Of a stretch of 64,000 nt of DNA, positions 55,320 through 63,708 are shown piece by piece (the stretch's first letter is position 1; the number at the start of each line of letters is the position of its first letter). The translations under genes and the position numbers were made by a program. The notes below the pieces were generated by a model. It searched no databases and was not told the DNA's origin. It saw only the letters and a program-made list of their open reading frames with translations. This DNA is from Candidatus Nanoarchaeia archaeon (GTDB lineage: Archaea; Nanobdellota; Nanobdellia; SCGC-AAA011-G17; GW2011-AR18): NCBI GenBank assembly GCA_035289605.1, contig DATDWR010000017.1, forward strand, positions 29,981 to 93,980, in the 5' to 3' direction.

Positions 55320-55640
55320 TTATTGCCTCTTTCAATAGCTGAATATTCTCATTAATATTACTCAAGTCAGATAAAATCCAAGAACCAACTACAAATCCTA
55401 TATTTTTGTAAAAACTTTTATCAACTAATTTTAATAGTTTATTTATTCTATTTTAAAAAAAGACTATATTTGTTACACCATTCTCTTATTGCTTCTCTGC
55501 TTACTTTCACTCCGTCATGTTGCCATAAATGATCTTTGATCTGAAACAATGATAATCCTTCATTATGCAAATGAATTGCTCTGACAATATGTTTTTATCA
55601 TATCTCATTCCTTCAAATCCATCTTGTTCAATAAATTTTT
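55320..55640 (-). pseudogene. Possible decayed transposase remnant (HTH-like fragment, frameshifted)
   Basis: My minus-strand translation of 55448-55588 gives 'IVRAIHLHNEGLSLFQIKDHLWQHDGVKVSREAIREWCNKYS', an IS6-type N-terminal HTH pattern recalled from memory. Flanking pieces are in other frames and no intact ORF exists. Confidence 0.3.
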
Positions 55641-55903
55641 TTTTCACTTGTTGCACAAAGTGCAGATCCTAATAAACTTGAAAGAGACACTACAGAATAC
55701 TACGGAAGTTCAAGTTTAACAATCTTTCAAGTCCCAAGGTTTTGTCATCCTATTAGTTTAGAAAAGGCCATTGCAGAAGCAAGAAAATGCTGGAAGCCAG
55801 ATTCTGTTAATTTAAATTTCTAGAAATTCCGAAAATCTTTCAGAAAAAATTGGTAAAGGCTTTTTAAGTTTGAATTCTATTATATTTGCGGAGGTAAAAA
55901 ACC

Positions 55904-56125
55904 ATGGCAAAACTAGAAAACAAAATAAGAACATCATTGGGAATTGCAACTTTAGCATTAATAGTAGAAGCTTGCTCAGGAGCCAGAGTAAATTCCCCAG
56001 CTGCAGAATATGCAACAGCCAAAATAAGAGGAGAAAAAGTTGAATGTATTGAGAGAGCAGACAGATTATACCAGAAAGGAAAAGAAAACAATTGCGTATA
56101 TCCTATACTTACAGTAAGATTTTAG
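55904..56125 (+). CDS. Hypothetical small exported protein
   Basis: 73 aa. 'LGIATLALIVEACSG' is signal/lipobox-like. Confidence 0.3.
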   Translation: MAKLENKIRTSLGIATLALIVEACSGARVNSPAAEYATAKIRGEKVECIERADRLYQKGKENNCVYPILTVRF

Positions 56126-56160
56126 AAATAAATATAAATAAGTTATACTAAATATAACTA

Positions 56161-56403
56161 ATGGCAATAATGGTAAAAGGAAAGCTAAAGAAATGGGGAA
56201 ACTCTTTTGGAGTCATAATTCCTAAAGAAATAGTGCAAAGTGAGAACTTGAAAGAAAATCAAGAAATAGAATTTATGATAGTAAAAAATAATAGAAATAT
56301 ACTAAGAGAGTCTTTTGGAACTTTAAAAAGAACTGGAAATAAATCTACAGAACAGATAATGAGAGAACTTGACAGGGAGTTGTATCCTGATGACTACAAG
56401 TGA
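56161..56403 (+). CDS. vapB: AbrB/SpoVT-family antitoxin (VapB-like)
   Basis: 'LKKWGNSFGVIIPKEIV'. Paralog of 45000..45215. Confidence 0.75.
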   Translation: MAIMVKGKLKKWGNSFGVIIPKEIVQSENLKENQEIEFMIVKNNRNILRESFGTLKRTGNKSTEQIMRELDRELYPDDYK

Positions 56404-56764
56404 AACATTATTTTTTGATACATACGCACTATTAGAAATATTTTACGGCAATAAAGATTATGAGAAATTTTTGATATGTAATGTTGCAATTACCAAACTA
56501 AATTTATTTGAATTATATCACAAGCTTCATAGAGATTATGGTGCAGACATTGCAGACAAAGAGTTTGACAAATATGCAGATTTATCAATTGACTTTAATA
56601 ATGAAATCGTGAAGGAGGCTGCAAAACTCAAGCTTATGTTTAGTAAACAAGACTTATCTATGGCAGACTGCATAGGTTACATTAAAGCTAAACAATTAGG
56701 GATAAAATTCTTAACAGGAGACAAGCAGTTCGAATTTCTTCCTGATGTAGAGTTTGTAAAATAA
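56390..56764 (+). CDS. vapC: PIN-domain toxin (VapC-like)
   Basis: From ATG 56390: 'LFFDTYALLEI', 'LSMADCIGYIKA' and 'FLTGDKQF'. Paralog of 45208..45579. Confidence 0.75.
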   Translation: MTTSETLFFDTYALLEIFYGNKDYEKFLICNVAITKLNLFELYHKLHRDYGADIADKEFDKYADLSIDFNNEIVKEAAKLKLMFSKQDLSMADCIGYIKAKQLGIKFLTGDKQFEFLPDVEFVK

Positions 56765-57529
56765 CTATAAGTCCTTTATTTTATTATATAACTCTTTAAT
56801 ATTATCTTCTGAATAGCCAACCAAAGGCTTCAAAGTAAAATTTTCAGAATTATCCTCTTTTAGATTTTCAAAAGCATAATCTTTAACAACAACATCTTCT
56901 TTATTTTTTTCTCTAATATTTATTTTTAAACCGTGCTCAAATTTATGAATTAAAGACAAGTCTTTTGACAAACTAACTCTGCAACCTCTTTTCATCATAA
57001 GGAAAGCTGTCAAAGCAGATTTTACTTCATCATTTACATCAATAAAAACATCACCAGAAACTCCAACTGGAAGGCCGCCTAATCCTTCATTAATTTTTGT
57101 GTATAGATAGGCTTTATTTCCAATAATTTCTATTCTTATATTAATTTCAGGATTTTTTAAATCTACTTTAATATTTTCTGCATCATGAATGAAAGCTCCA
57201 ACCTCTTTTTCTATTTCTTTAGAAGATTTGTAATTCTTATTGATTCTTTGGGCTGAAATCCTAAAAGATTTTTGATTTCTAATAAAAGATAAAGCATTTT
57301 CATTCATTTCATTGAAATCACATTCCAGAACTTTAAAATAAGAATTAATCCCAAAAACATACTTCAAATTATCAGCATTCTCAACAAATACAATTATTCT
57401 GTTCCTCAAATCCTTTATTTTATTTCTTTTTACATTCAAAGCTGACTGGATATTACTAACCAGTTTTCTCTGAAAATAATTCCTATTTTTTCCCTTCAAG
57501 AAAATCTCTCCAATAGTCACCAAGTACAT
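56765..57529 (-). CDS. ThiI-like NFLD/THUMP protein with degenerate, shortened PP-loop domain
   Basis: 'MYLVTIGEIFLKGKNRNYF' is a ThiI-type N-terminus. 'GGLPVGVSGDVFIDVNDEVKSALTAFLMMKRG' sits where ThiI has '...SGGxDS...MMKRG'. Only 254 aa. Confidence 0.6.
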   Translation of the reverse strand: MYLVTIGEIFLKGKNRNYFQRKLVSNIQSALNVKRNKIKDLRNRIIVFVENADNLKYVFGINSYFKVLECDFNEMNENALSFIRNQKSFRISAQRINKNYKSSKEIEKEVGAFIHDAENIKVDLKNPEINIRIEIIGNKAYLYTKINEGLGGLPVGVSGDVFIDVNDEVKSALTAFLMMKRGCRVSLSKDLSLIHKFEHGLKINIREKNKEDVVVKDYAFENLKEDNSENFTLKPLVGYSEDNIKELYNKIKDL

Positions 57530-57565
57530 GAAATAAAATAATTTAGAAGTTTTAATAAAACTAAC

Positions 57566-58582
57566 TCATAAAGAAAATTCTTGATGCTTAGCCTTGCATG
57601 GATTTCCATTAGCAACATACATCTTAAGATTGTTGCAGTCCACAATAAAAGATGCTAATGTTACCTCTGAATCAATTTTTGATTTATGCCTGCAAATAGG
57701 ATAATCATTCAGATGAGAGCCTAATACAGACATAACAACATTCTTGTCTATAACCTCTGCTTTCTTAAGCATGTCCATTGCATGATTATACTTAAAAACA
57801 GACCTAACAGGAATTTCTCCTTTCTTGGAAAGCTTTGTCAAGTAATGATTTGTATGAAGAAAAAAATTGTTTTTAATCTTTAATACTTTATATTCACTAG
57901 CAGTTGTCTCTACACTTAATGCTTTATCTCCCTGAATTAGAGTATGGTTATAAGCAGAAGCCCTTTCTTTATTTTTTATAATCTTCAATGCATTCTTTAT
58001 AGAATCTGCTTCTAATACTGCTCTTGAAATAAAATTTTTAGGAACACCAATCTTAGAATCAGTAGGGTGCAATGTATTAATGCCCTGGACAAGGCCAAAA
58101 GAATTAAGACTTACAGAAGAGCCAGGAAGCATTCCAGCAAAAGTCAAGCTGAGAAATTTAACTTTATTATTAATATCTGCCTTTACAACTGCTATATTAT
58201 TAGCGAACGAAGACTCAAAATCCTCGTTATGGTACAAGTAAATATTATCTTCTTCTTTTAGAACTACAGATGTACACTTGTCAAAGTACATGTCTACCAA
58301 CACCTCCTCTGCATTCAACAGCCATATCAAATCGAAATCCTGACCAGAACCGTCAGCAATGCCTTTAAGCTCTGTAACGTAATGCGGGAAATACTTGTTT
58401 GCATACGGAAAATATTTCTGTGCAGTCTTTATAAAATAATTAATCTTAAAGAACTGATGGTCTTTAGCAACTTTTTCAGGAATCTTAATTGTCTTCTTTA
58501 TCTGTTTTTTTAACATACTACCTATCTGAAAACCAATATCGTAATAATTTCCCTTAACTTCTATCAAAGGCATTCTTGGCAT
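57566..58582 (-). CDS. C45-family peptidase / acyl-CoA:6-APA acyltransferase-like Ntn hydrolase
   Basis: 'GNYYDIGFQIG' N-terminus and 'FDKCTSVV' (candidate nucleophile Cys). Size about 340 aa. Confidence 0.6.
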   Translation of the reverse strand: MPRMPLIEVKGNYYDIGFQIGSMLKKQIKKTIKIPEKVAKDHQFFKINYFIKTAQKYFPYANKYFPHYVTELKGIADGSGQDFDLIWLLNAEEVLVDMYFDKCTSVVLKEEDNIYLYHNEDFESSFANNIAVVKADINNKVKFLSLTFAGMLPGSSVSLNSFGLVQGINTLHPTDSKIGVPKNFISRAVLEADSIKNALKIIKNKERASAYNHTLIQGDKALSVETTASEYKVLKIKNNFFLHTNHYLTKLSKKGEIPVRSVFKYNHAMDMLKKAEVIDKNVVMSVLGSHLNDYPICRHKSKIDSEVTLASFIVDCNNLKMYVANGNPCKAKHQEFSL

Positions 58583-58688
58583 AGAAATTAAAATTTAGAA
58601 GGATTTATATTAATAGTGTAAAATTAGTAATCACTTTAAAGTAATTATTATTAGAAAGGCTTATAAGTAGTAGGAACCTAAAAACAAT

Positions 58689-58871
58689 ATGAAGTTAATA
58701 AAACAAAAAGGAAGAGATTATGGAAACAAAGAATATTTCAAATATATCTTGGTAATGCCTAATAAATTAATAGAAAAGCTAAGTTGGAAAGGTGGAGAGG
58801 ACTTAGAAGCAGAAATTAAAGGGGAAAAAGTAATAATAAAAAAGAATATAGAACAAACCCAAAAGAATTAA
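58689..58871 (+). CDS. Small AbrB/SpoVT-like protein
   Basis: 'ILVMPNKLIEKLSWKGGEDLEAEIKGEKVIIKK' resembles a looped-hinge-helix swapped-hairpin domain. Confidence 0.3.
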   Translation: MKLIKQKGRDYGNKEYFKYILVMPNKLIEKLSWKGGEDLEAEIKGEKVIIKKNIEQTQKN

Positions 58872-59015
58872 ATACTTACTAGATTACTATACATAAAATG
58901 GAAGCTGTAATAATAAGTAAAGGATGGACTAAAGAAAATCTAGCCAAAATGAAGACTATTGACTTCAAGACAAAAGATTTTGAATGGATTTTTGAATTAT
59001 TAGGATGGAAAAATA

Positions 59016-59243
59016 ATGAAAGAAAACGACGAACAACAAGATAAAGATTTACCAAAATTTGGCGTAGGAATACATGCAGTACAATTACCAGATGGAACTT
59101 TTGGATATCAATTAAAAGCAGTAAATAAAAGAATTCCTATGGAAGTAATATTAACACAATTAAGAGCATTTCTCAAAAAATTGGATGATGATTATATGGA
59201 AAACAATTTTAAAATACAAAAAGGAAATCTAGATGATGAATAA
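59016..59243 (+). CDS. Hypothetical small protein
   Basis: 75-aa ORF. No motif recognised. Confidence 0.3.
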   Translation: MKENDEQQDKDLPKFGVGIHAVQLPDGTFGYQLKAVNKRIPMEVILTQLRAFLKKLDDDYMENNFKIQKGNLDDE

Positions 59244-59299
59244 AAATTTTTAGAAACTATAACTCCCTTTAAGTTAACAATGTAACAATAAAGAATAAT

Positions 59300-59611
59300 T
59301 TAAATAACACCCTTGATACTTTCTTTTAATGTAGACTTAGGCATACTACCAACAAACCTTCCCACTTCCTTGCCTTTGTTAAAGACCAAAAATGTAGGAA
59401 TTCCCATAACACCAAAACTAGAAGCTAATTCCTGATTTTCATCAACATTAAGCTTGGCAAACTTTGCTTCTTTCAACTCTTTACTTAATTCTTCAAAAAT
59501 AGGAGACATTGTCTTGCAAGGGCTGCACCACTCGGCCCAGAAATCTATAGCAACAGGCTTGTTAGATTTAAGAACCTCTTTTTCAAAATTATCGTCGTTA
59601 ATTTCAAGCAT
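59300..59611 (-). CDS. trxA: Thioredoxin
   Basis: 'VAIDFWAEWCSPCK' (WCxPC) and 'GIPTFLVF'. Confidence 0.9.
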   Translation of the reverse strand: MLEINDDNFEKEVLKSNKPVAIDFWAEWCSPCKTMSPIFEELSKELKEAKFAKLNVDENQELASSFGVMGIPTFLVFNKGKEVGRFVGSMPKSTLKESIKGVI

Positions 59612-59656
59612 AAAAAATTGATATCGATATTATTATATAAACGTTTTGATATATTT

Positions 59657-59959
59657 TTATAAAAATCTAATTCTTGAAAGAATTACGAAAGCGAAAACTG
59701 AAATTGAAGATAAAATCACACTAATTATTATTGTTATTATATCTTTAGTTTTATGTCCACTATCTTTTATGAGAGAAATAATTGCTAATATTAATGCAGG
59801 AATTTCTAAAAGTATTGAAAACATTAGGGCTAAAATTATTATAATCATAAAGGGTACAAGAAGCGATAGCAAAGAAAATACAATTAATAAAATAGCTATC
59901 AATAAAACAGGCGAAATTGCTATCCAGAAAGCTATATTGCTTAAACGTGATGAATTCAT
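59657..59959 (-). CDS. Small membrane protein
   Basis: 100 aa with three hydrophobic helices. A mirrored plus-strand ORF of similar length is judged less protein-like. Confidence 0.4.
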   Translation of the reverse strand: MNSSRLSNIAFWIAISPVLLIAILLIVFSLLSLLVPFMIIIILALMFSILLEIPALILAIISLIKDSGHKTKDIITIIISVILSSISVFAFVILSRIRFL

Positions 59960-60004
59960 ATAATTTACATATTAATGATTATTTAAATAACTAATTAAAT
60001 TTGG

Positions 60005-60037
60005 AATAAAAAACCAGCCCCCTAAAACCATTAGGGG
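60005..60037 (-). terminator. Hairpin plus U-tract terminator-like element after nrdJ
   Basis: The minus strand reads CCCCTAA-TGGTT-TTAGGGG, then GCTGG and TTTTTTATT, about 30 nt after the nrdJ stop. This is a GC-rich stem in AT-rich DNA. Confidence 0.5.
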
Positions 60038-60065
60038 TGGATTATAGAGGACTGGCTGGAAAAAC

Positions 60066-62624
60066 TTAACTGCATTCTGAATGACCACAATCCAAACATG
60101 TAGGGGTGGGGCAACCATTTGTATACTTAATATTTGGGCTGTAACATTTAGGACAATGCTCCTGCTTCTTCGGCTCTTCAGTCAAAGTTTTCTGCTCCTG
60201 AATCATAAGCTTTCCAGTCTTCTCAAGATGCCTCTTTAGGATAACAGCAACACCATGAGGTATAGAGTCTATCCTGTTAGGGCCAAAACCAAGAGGCTTA
60301 TCACCCTTAGCAGAGTTCAAATGCTTGATTGCCTTTCTAGGATCATAACCTGCCTGGAAAGCCTTAGACATGAACACACCCAAAACAGATGTCAAGCTGC
60401 TCAGCTCATTTCCTATAGGAGGAATAGAAGTAAATATTCTATAAGGCCCTTCCTTATCATAAACAATATTCACATGCAAAGGACCGTAGCCAGTCTGGAT
60501 TTCATAATAATCAGACAATGCCCCCTTAGTCAAATCCCTATCCTCTTTTTTCTTTTCCTTCTTCTGTACGGTTCCTGAATTTAAAACCTGAATTTCCTTA
60601 CAGCCATCCCTGTAAACAGTAACACCCTTGCACCCAGACTTGTAAGCATACAAGTAAGCATCCTGAATTTCCTGGACAGTAACTGTATTAGCCATATTAA
60701 TAGTCTTGCTCACAGCGTTGTCAGTATATCTCTGGAATGCTGCCTGGTGATTGATGTGCATCTTCCATTGAAGATCGTGAGATGAAGCAAAAATTTTCTG
60801 CACCTTGTCAGGAATTTCCTTAATACCACGAACAGAACCGTGATTATCAACAATCTTTTTCAATAAAGCTTCCCTTCCAATTCCAAACCAATTATTAGCC
60901 TCAGCTAGCTTGAGGAACATTGGAATAACTTCATAATAAACATACCTTGCCTCAGGCTCTTCTCCCCTTCTTAACGCATCTACAGCTTCAGCCTGGAAAC
61001 GCTTATATGCAATAGCAAAAAACGGCTCAATACCAGAACCTTGGAGACCTGCAGTGATAGCAATAGTTCCAGTAGGAGCAATAGTTGTCCTTGCACAATT
61101 TCTAGGCCTGGCAGACTTTCCCCTAAAATTTTTTCCATTTTCATCATAAATAGAATCTTTAATATTATAGAAAACACCCCTAACTCCTGCGAGCTCTTCA
61201 GAATACTCCAAAGCCTTTGTATTAATGAATCCCATTAGTTCTTCGGCTAGAGTAATAGCATCATCTGAATCATAAGGTATTTCAAGCTTGACAAGCATCT
61301 CAGCCCAGCCCATAACTCCTAGTCCAATTCTTCTGTTCATCTTAGATATTCTTTCTATTTCAGGAAGAGCATAATTGCTCATGTCAACAACATTATCCAA
61401 GAAGTTTACTGCTAGCTTAACATTGTTAGACAATTTTTCATAATCAACAACATTCTTTCCATTAACATTTTTAACATGATTAGAAAGATTGATGCTACCC
61501 AAAGTGCAAGGCTCCCATGACAATAATGGCTGCTCTCCGCAAGGATTTGTTGACTCTATCTGCCCAAGCTGAGGCGTAGGATTTGATTCTGTATTATTTA
61601 TCCTGTCAATCACAACAAAACCAGGATCTCCTGTTTCCCAAGCACACTTAGACATTAAATCCCAAATTTCCTTAGCCCTTTCAGTACCAACAGGCTTGTT
61701 ATTCCTAGGATTAAGCAATTCAAATTCAGAATCATTTTCTACAGCGTCAAAAAACTCTTTATCCAAAGCAACTGAAATATTAAAATTCAATAAAAATCCC
61801 TTATCTCTTGATTTTGATGTAATAAATTTTCTAATATCAGGATGCCTATAGTGAAGTATGCCCATATTAGCACCACGCCTTGTTGATCCTTGTTTTATAA
61901 CATCTGTTGCAGTATCAAATATTCTAATAAAAGACATAGGACCAGAAGCTATTCCATTAGTAGATTTTACCAAATCAGATTCCGGCCTTATTCTAGAAAA
62001 AGCAAAGCCGGTACCACCACCACTTTTATGGATTAACGCCTGCGCTGTAACTGCCTTAAATATTCCTTCTATAGAATCTGGAACAGGCAGAACAAAACAA
62101 GCATGAAGCATCTGCAAGTCCCTTCCAGCATTCATCAAGCATGGAGAATTTGGAAGGAAATCAAAATTAGAAAGCATTGAATAAATCTCCTCTTCTTTAT
62201 TTCTTAATATCTTAGCACATTCAGGATCTGAATCAGCAAGCTTAAGAAGATTACTCTCAAATATTAAAAAATTATTCCACCTCTTATTACTATCAGCAAA
62301 AGGATCCTGCAACAATATTACACGCGCCTTAGGGTCAAAATCAGATATTAATATCTCATGATGAGCATTATCAAGAATCTGATCGAATTTCGGCTCATCC
62401 ATATAGAGAAGCTCAGCTAATGCGATATTCCTTGCTATTCTTCTAAGCCATAGTTCAGGAGAATCTCCTCTAAGATATTTATTAGTCATTACTTTCAACT
62501 GATTTTCTGTAATCTTGACCTTTGGACATTCAACAGCCAATTCCTCTATTGTCGGAATATTAATAAATTTAGAAACAGCAACTTCATCACCCTTTTTATT
62601 CTGCACTTTTTCCTCATCCTCCAA
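60066..62624 (-). CDS. nrdJ: Class II (adenosylcobalamin-dependent) ribonucleotide reductase
   Basis: 'STNPCGEQPL' active-site Cys motif and 'NLSNH'. 852 aa, with a C-terminal Cys-rich tail 'CPKCYSPNIKYTNGCPTPTCLDCGHSEC'. Confidence 0.9.
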   Translation of the reverse strand: MEDEEKVQNKKGDEVAVSKFINIPTIEELAVECPKVKITENQLKVMTNKYLRGDSPELWLRRIARNIALAELLYMDEPKFDQILDNAHHEILISDFDPKARVILLQDPFADSNKRWNNFLIFESNLLKLADSDPECAKILRNKEEEIYSMLSNFDFLPNSPCLMNAGRDLQMLHACFVLPVPDSIEGIFKAVTAQALIHKSGGGTGFAFSRIRPESDLVKSTNGIASGPMSFIRIFDTATDVIKQGSTRRGANMGILHYRHPDIRKFITSKSRDKGFLLNFNISVALDKEFFDAVENDSEFELLNPRNNKPVGTERAKEIWDLMSKCAWETGDPGFVVIDRINNTESNPTPQLGQIESTNPCGEQPLLSWEPCTLGSINLSNHVKNVNGKNVVDYEKLSNNVKLAVNFLDNVVDMSNYALPEIERISKMNRRIGLGVMGWAEMLVKLEIPYDSDDAITLAEELMGFINTKALEYSEELAGVRGVFYNIKDSIYDENGKNFRGKSARPRNCARTTIAPTGTIAITAGLQGSGIEPFFAIAYKRFQAEAVDALRRGEEPEARYVYYEVIPMFLKLAEANNWFGIGREALLKKIVDNHGSVRGIKEIPDKVQKIFASSHDLQWKMHINHQAAFQRYTDNAVSKTINMANTVTVQEIQDAYLYAYKSGCKGVTVYRDGCKEIQVLNSGTVQKKEKKKEDRDLTKGALSDYYEIQTGYGPLHVNIVYDKEGPYRIFTSIPPIGNELSSLTSVLGVFMSKAFQAGYDPRKAIKHLNSAKGDKPLGFGPNRIDSIPHGVAVILKRHLEKTGKLMIQEQKTLTEEPKKQEHCPKCYSPNIKYTNGCPTPTCLDCGHSECS

Positions 62625-62629
62625 TTTTT

Positions 62630-63073
62630 TTAAGCTTTCAACAAATGTATTTCTTTTTTGAAGTCATCAATATCAGCAAATTCACGATAAACAGAGGCGA
62701 AGCGTATGTAAGCCACCTTATCTAATGACTTCAAGTGTTTCATAACCTCTTCCCCCACCTGCTTACTTGAAACCTCATTACTATCCAATGATCTGATCCT
62801 TGATTCGATCTTATTTATTACGTTTTCTATTTTTTCTAAAGATATAGGAAGTTTTTCGCAGGATTTCATTACACCTTTTTTTAATTTTTCCCTGTCAAAC
62901 ATTTCTCTTGAGCCATCCTTTTTTATTATATATACCTGGACTGATTCAACCCTTTCATATGTTGTGAAACGCTTTTCACATTTCAAACATTCTCTTCTTC
63001 TTCTTGTTAGGTCTTCTGATTCCCTGGAATCTAATACTTTAGTCTCTGAATAACTGCAAAACGGGCATTTCAT
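62630..63073 (-). CDS. nrdR: Transcriptional repressor NrdR (zinc ribbon plus ATP-cone)
   Basis: 'MKCPFCSYSETKVLDSR...RRRECLKCEKRFTTYE' and the ATP-cone 'VIKKDGSREMFDREKL...AYIRFASVYREF'. Confidence 0.92.
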   Translation of the reverse strand: MKCPFCSYSETKVLDSRESEDLTRRRRECLKCEKRFTTYERVESVQVYIIKKDGSREMFDREKLKKGVMKSCEKLPISLEKIENVINKIESRIRSLDSNEVSSKQVGEEVMKHLKSLDKVAYIRFASVYREFADIDDFKKEIHLLKA

Positions 63074-63097
63074 TTGTCATTTTCCACTTGACAGTAA

Positions 63098-63113
63098 ACA
63101 CAATATATAGTGT
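63098..63113. promoter_or_regulatory. NrdR box 1
   Basis: ACACAATATATAGTGT matches the 16-bp palindromic NrdR-box consensus acaCwAtATaTwGtgt. It is centred about 32 nt upstream of the nrdR ATG and contains a TATA-like core. Confidence 0.7.
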
Positions 63114-63129
63114 TTTTGGAATGTATTAA

Positions 63130-63145
63130 ACACAAAATGTAGTAT
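63130..63145. promoter_or_regulatory. NrdR box 2
   Basis: ACACAAAATGTAGTAT starts 32 bp from box 1, the canonical ~3-helical-turn tandem spacing. Confidence 0.6.
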
Positions 63146-63255
63146 TTACTATAGATCATTATTTATAAGTTTTTATAGTGTAAAAAATGCATATTTATTA
63201 ATTATGTTTATTTTAGTACAGATAAAAATATAAAAACTATTAGACTAAAAAAAGT

Positions 63256-63654
63256 ATGCCTAGAAAACCTAAAATTTATTGGGATGATAAAGTAAGACAA
63301 AAAGAAAATTATGAAAATGTGCGAGTACTTCTTGCACAGGGTTTAGAAACGCGTGAAGCAGTTGTAGAAGCAGCCTGGATGACAAGACAAGGAGATGTTT
63401 TTGATGAAGATACAGATACAGTAGTTAATTATGGTTATTTTGCTGGTCTTCCTTATTCTCCTGCTCATGATCGTGTATTGCATATTAATGTAATAGGTGC
63501 GAGAAATAGGATAATAATTTCTGATACCAACTTATATGATTTATTAAGAGATTTTAGAGTTACTGGTTTTGAAAAAAGATTAAGAGGAAAAAAAGTAATT
63601 CTGCATTACACAAAGGGAGACTATTGTTATGCTGCTGGAATTTCTAAACCTTAA
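63256..63654 (+). CDS. Hypothetical protein
   Basis: 132-aa ORF, compositionally distinct. No motif recognised. Confidence 0.35.
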   Translation: MPRKPKIYWDDKVRQKENYENVRVLLAQGLETREAVVEAAWMTRQGDVFDEDTDTVVNYGYFAGLPYSPAHDRVLHINVIGARNRIIISDTNLYDLLRDFRVTGFEKRLRGKKVILHYTKGDYCYAAGISKP

Positions 63655-63708
63655 AAATATTCTATTTTGATATATATATTTTTTAAGCTAGATTATTTAA
63701 ACATACAA

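Noticed and set aside
59646-59963. Plus-strand 105-aa ORF mirroring the minus-strand 100-aa membrane ORF
   Set aside because: Only one can be real. The minus-strand product has three clean hydrophobic helices and fits the nrdJ-to-trx gene direction. The plus-strand one is Ile/Lys-rich filler. The choice remains uncertain.
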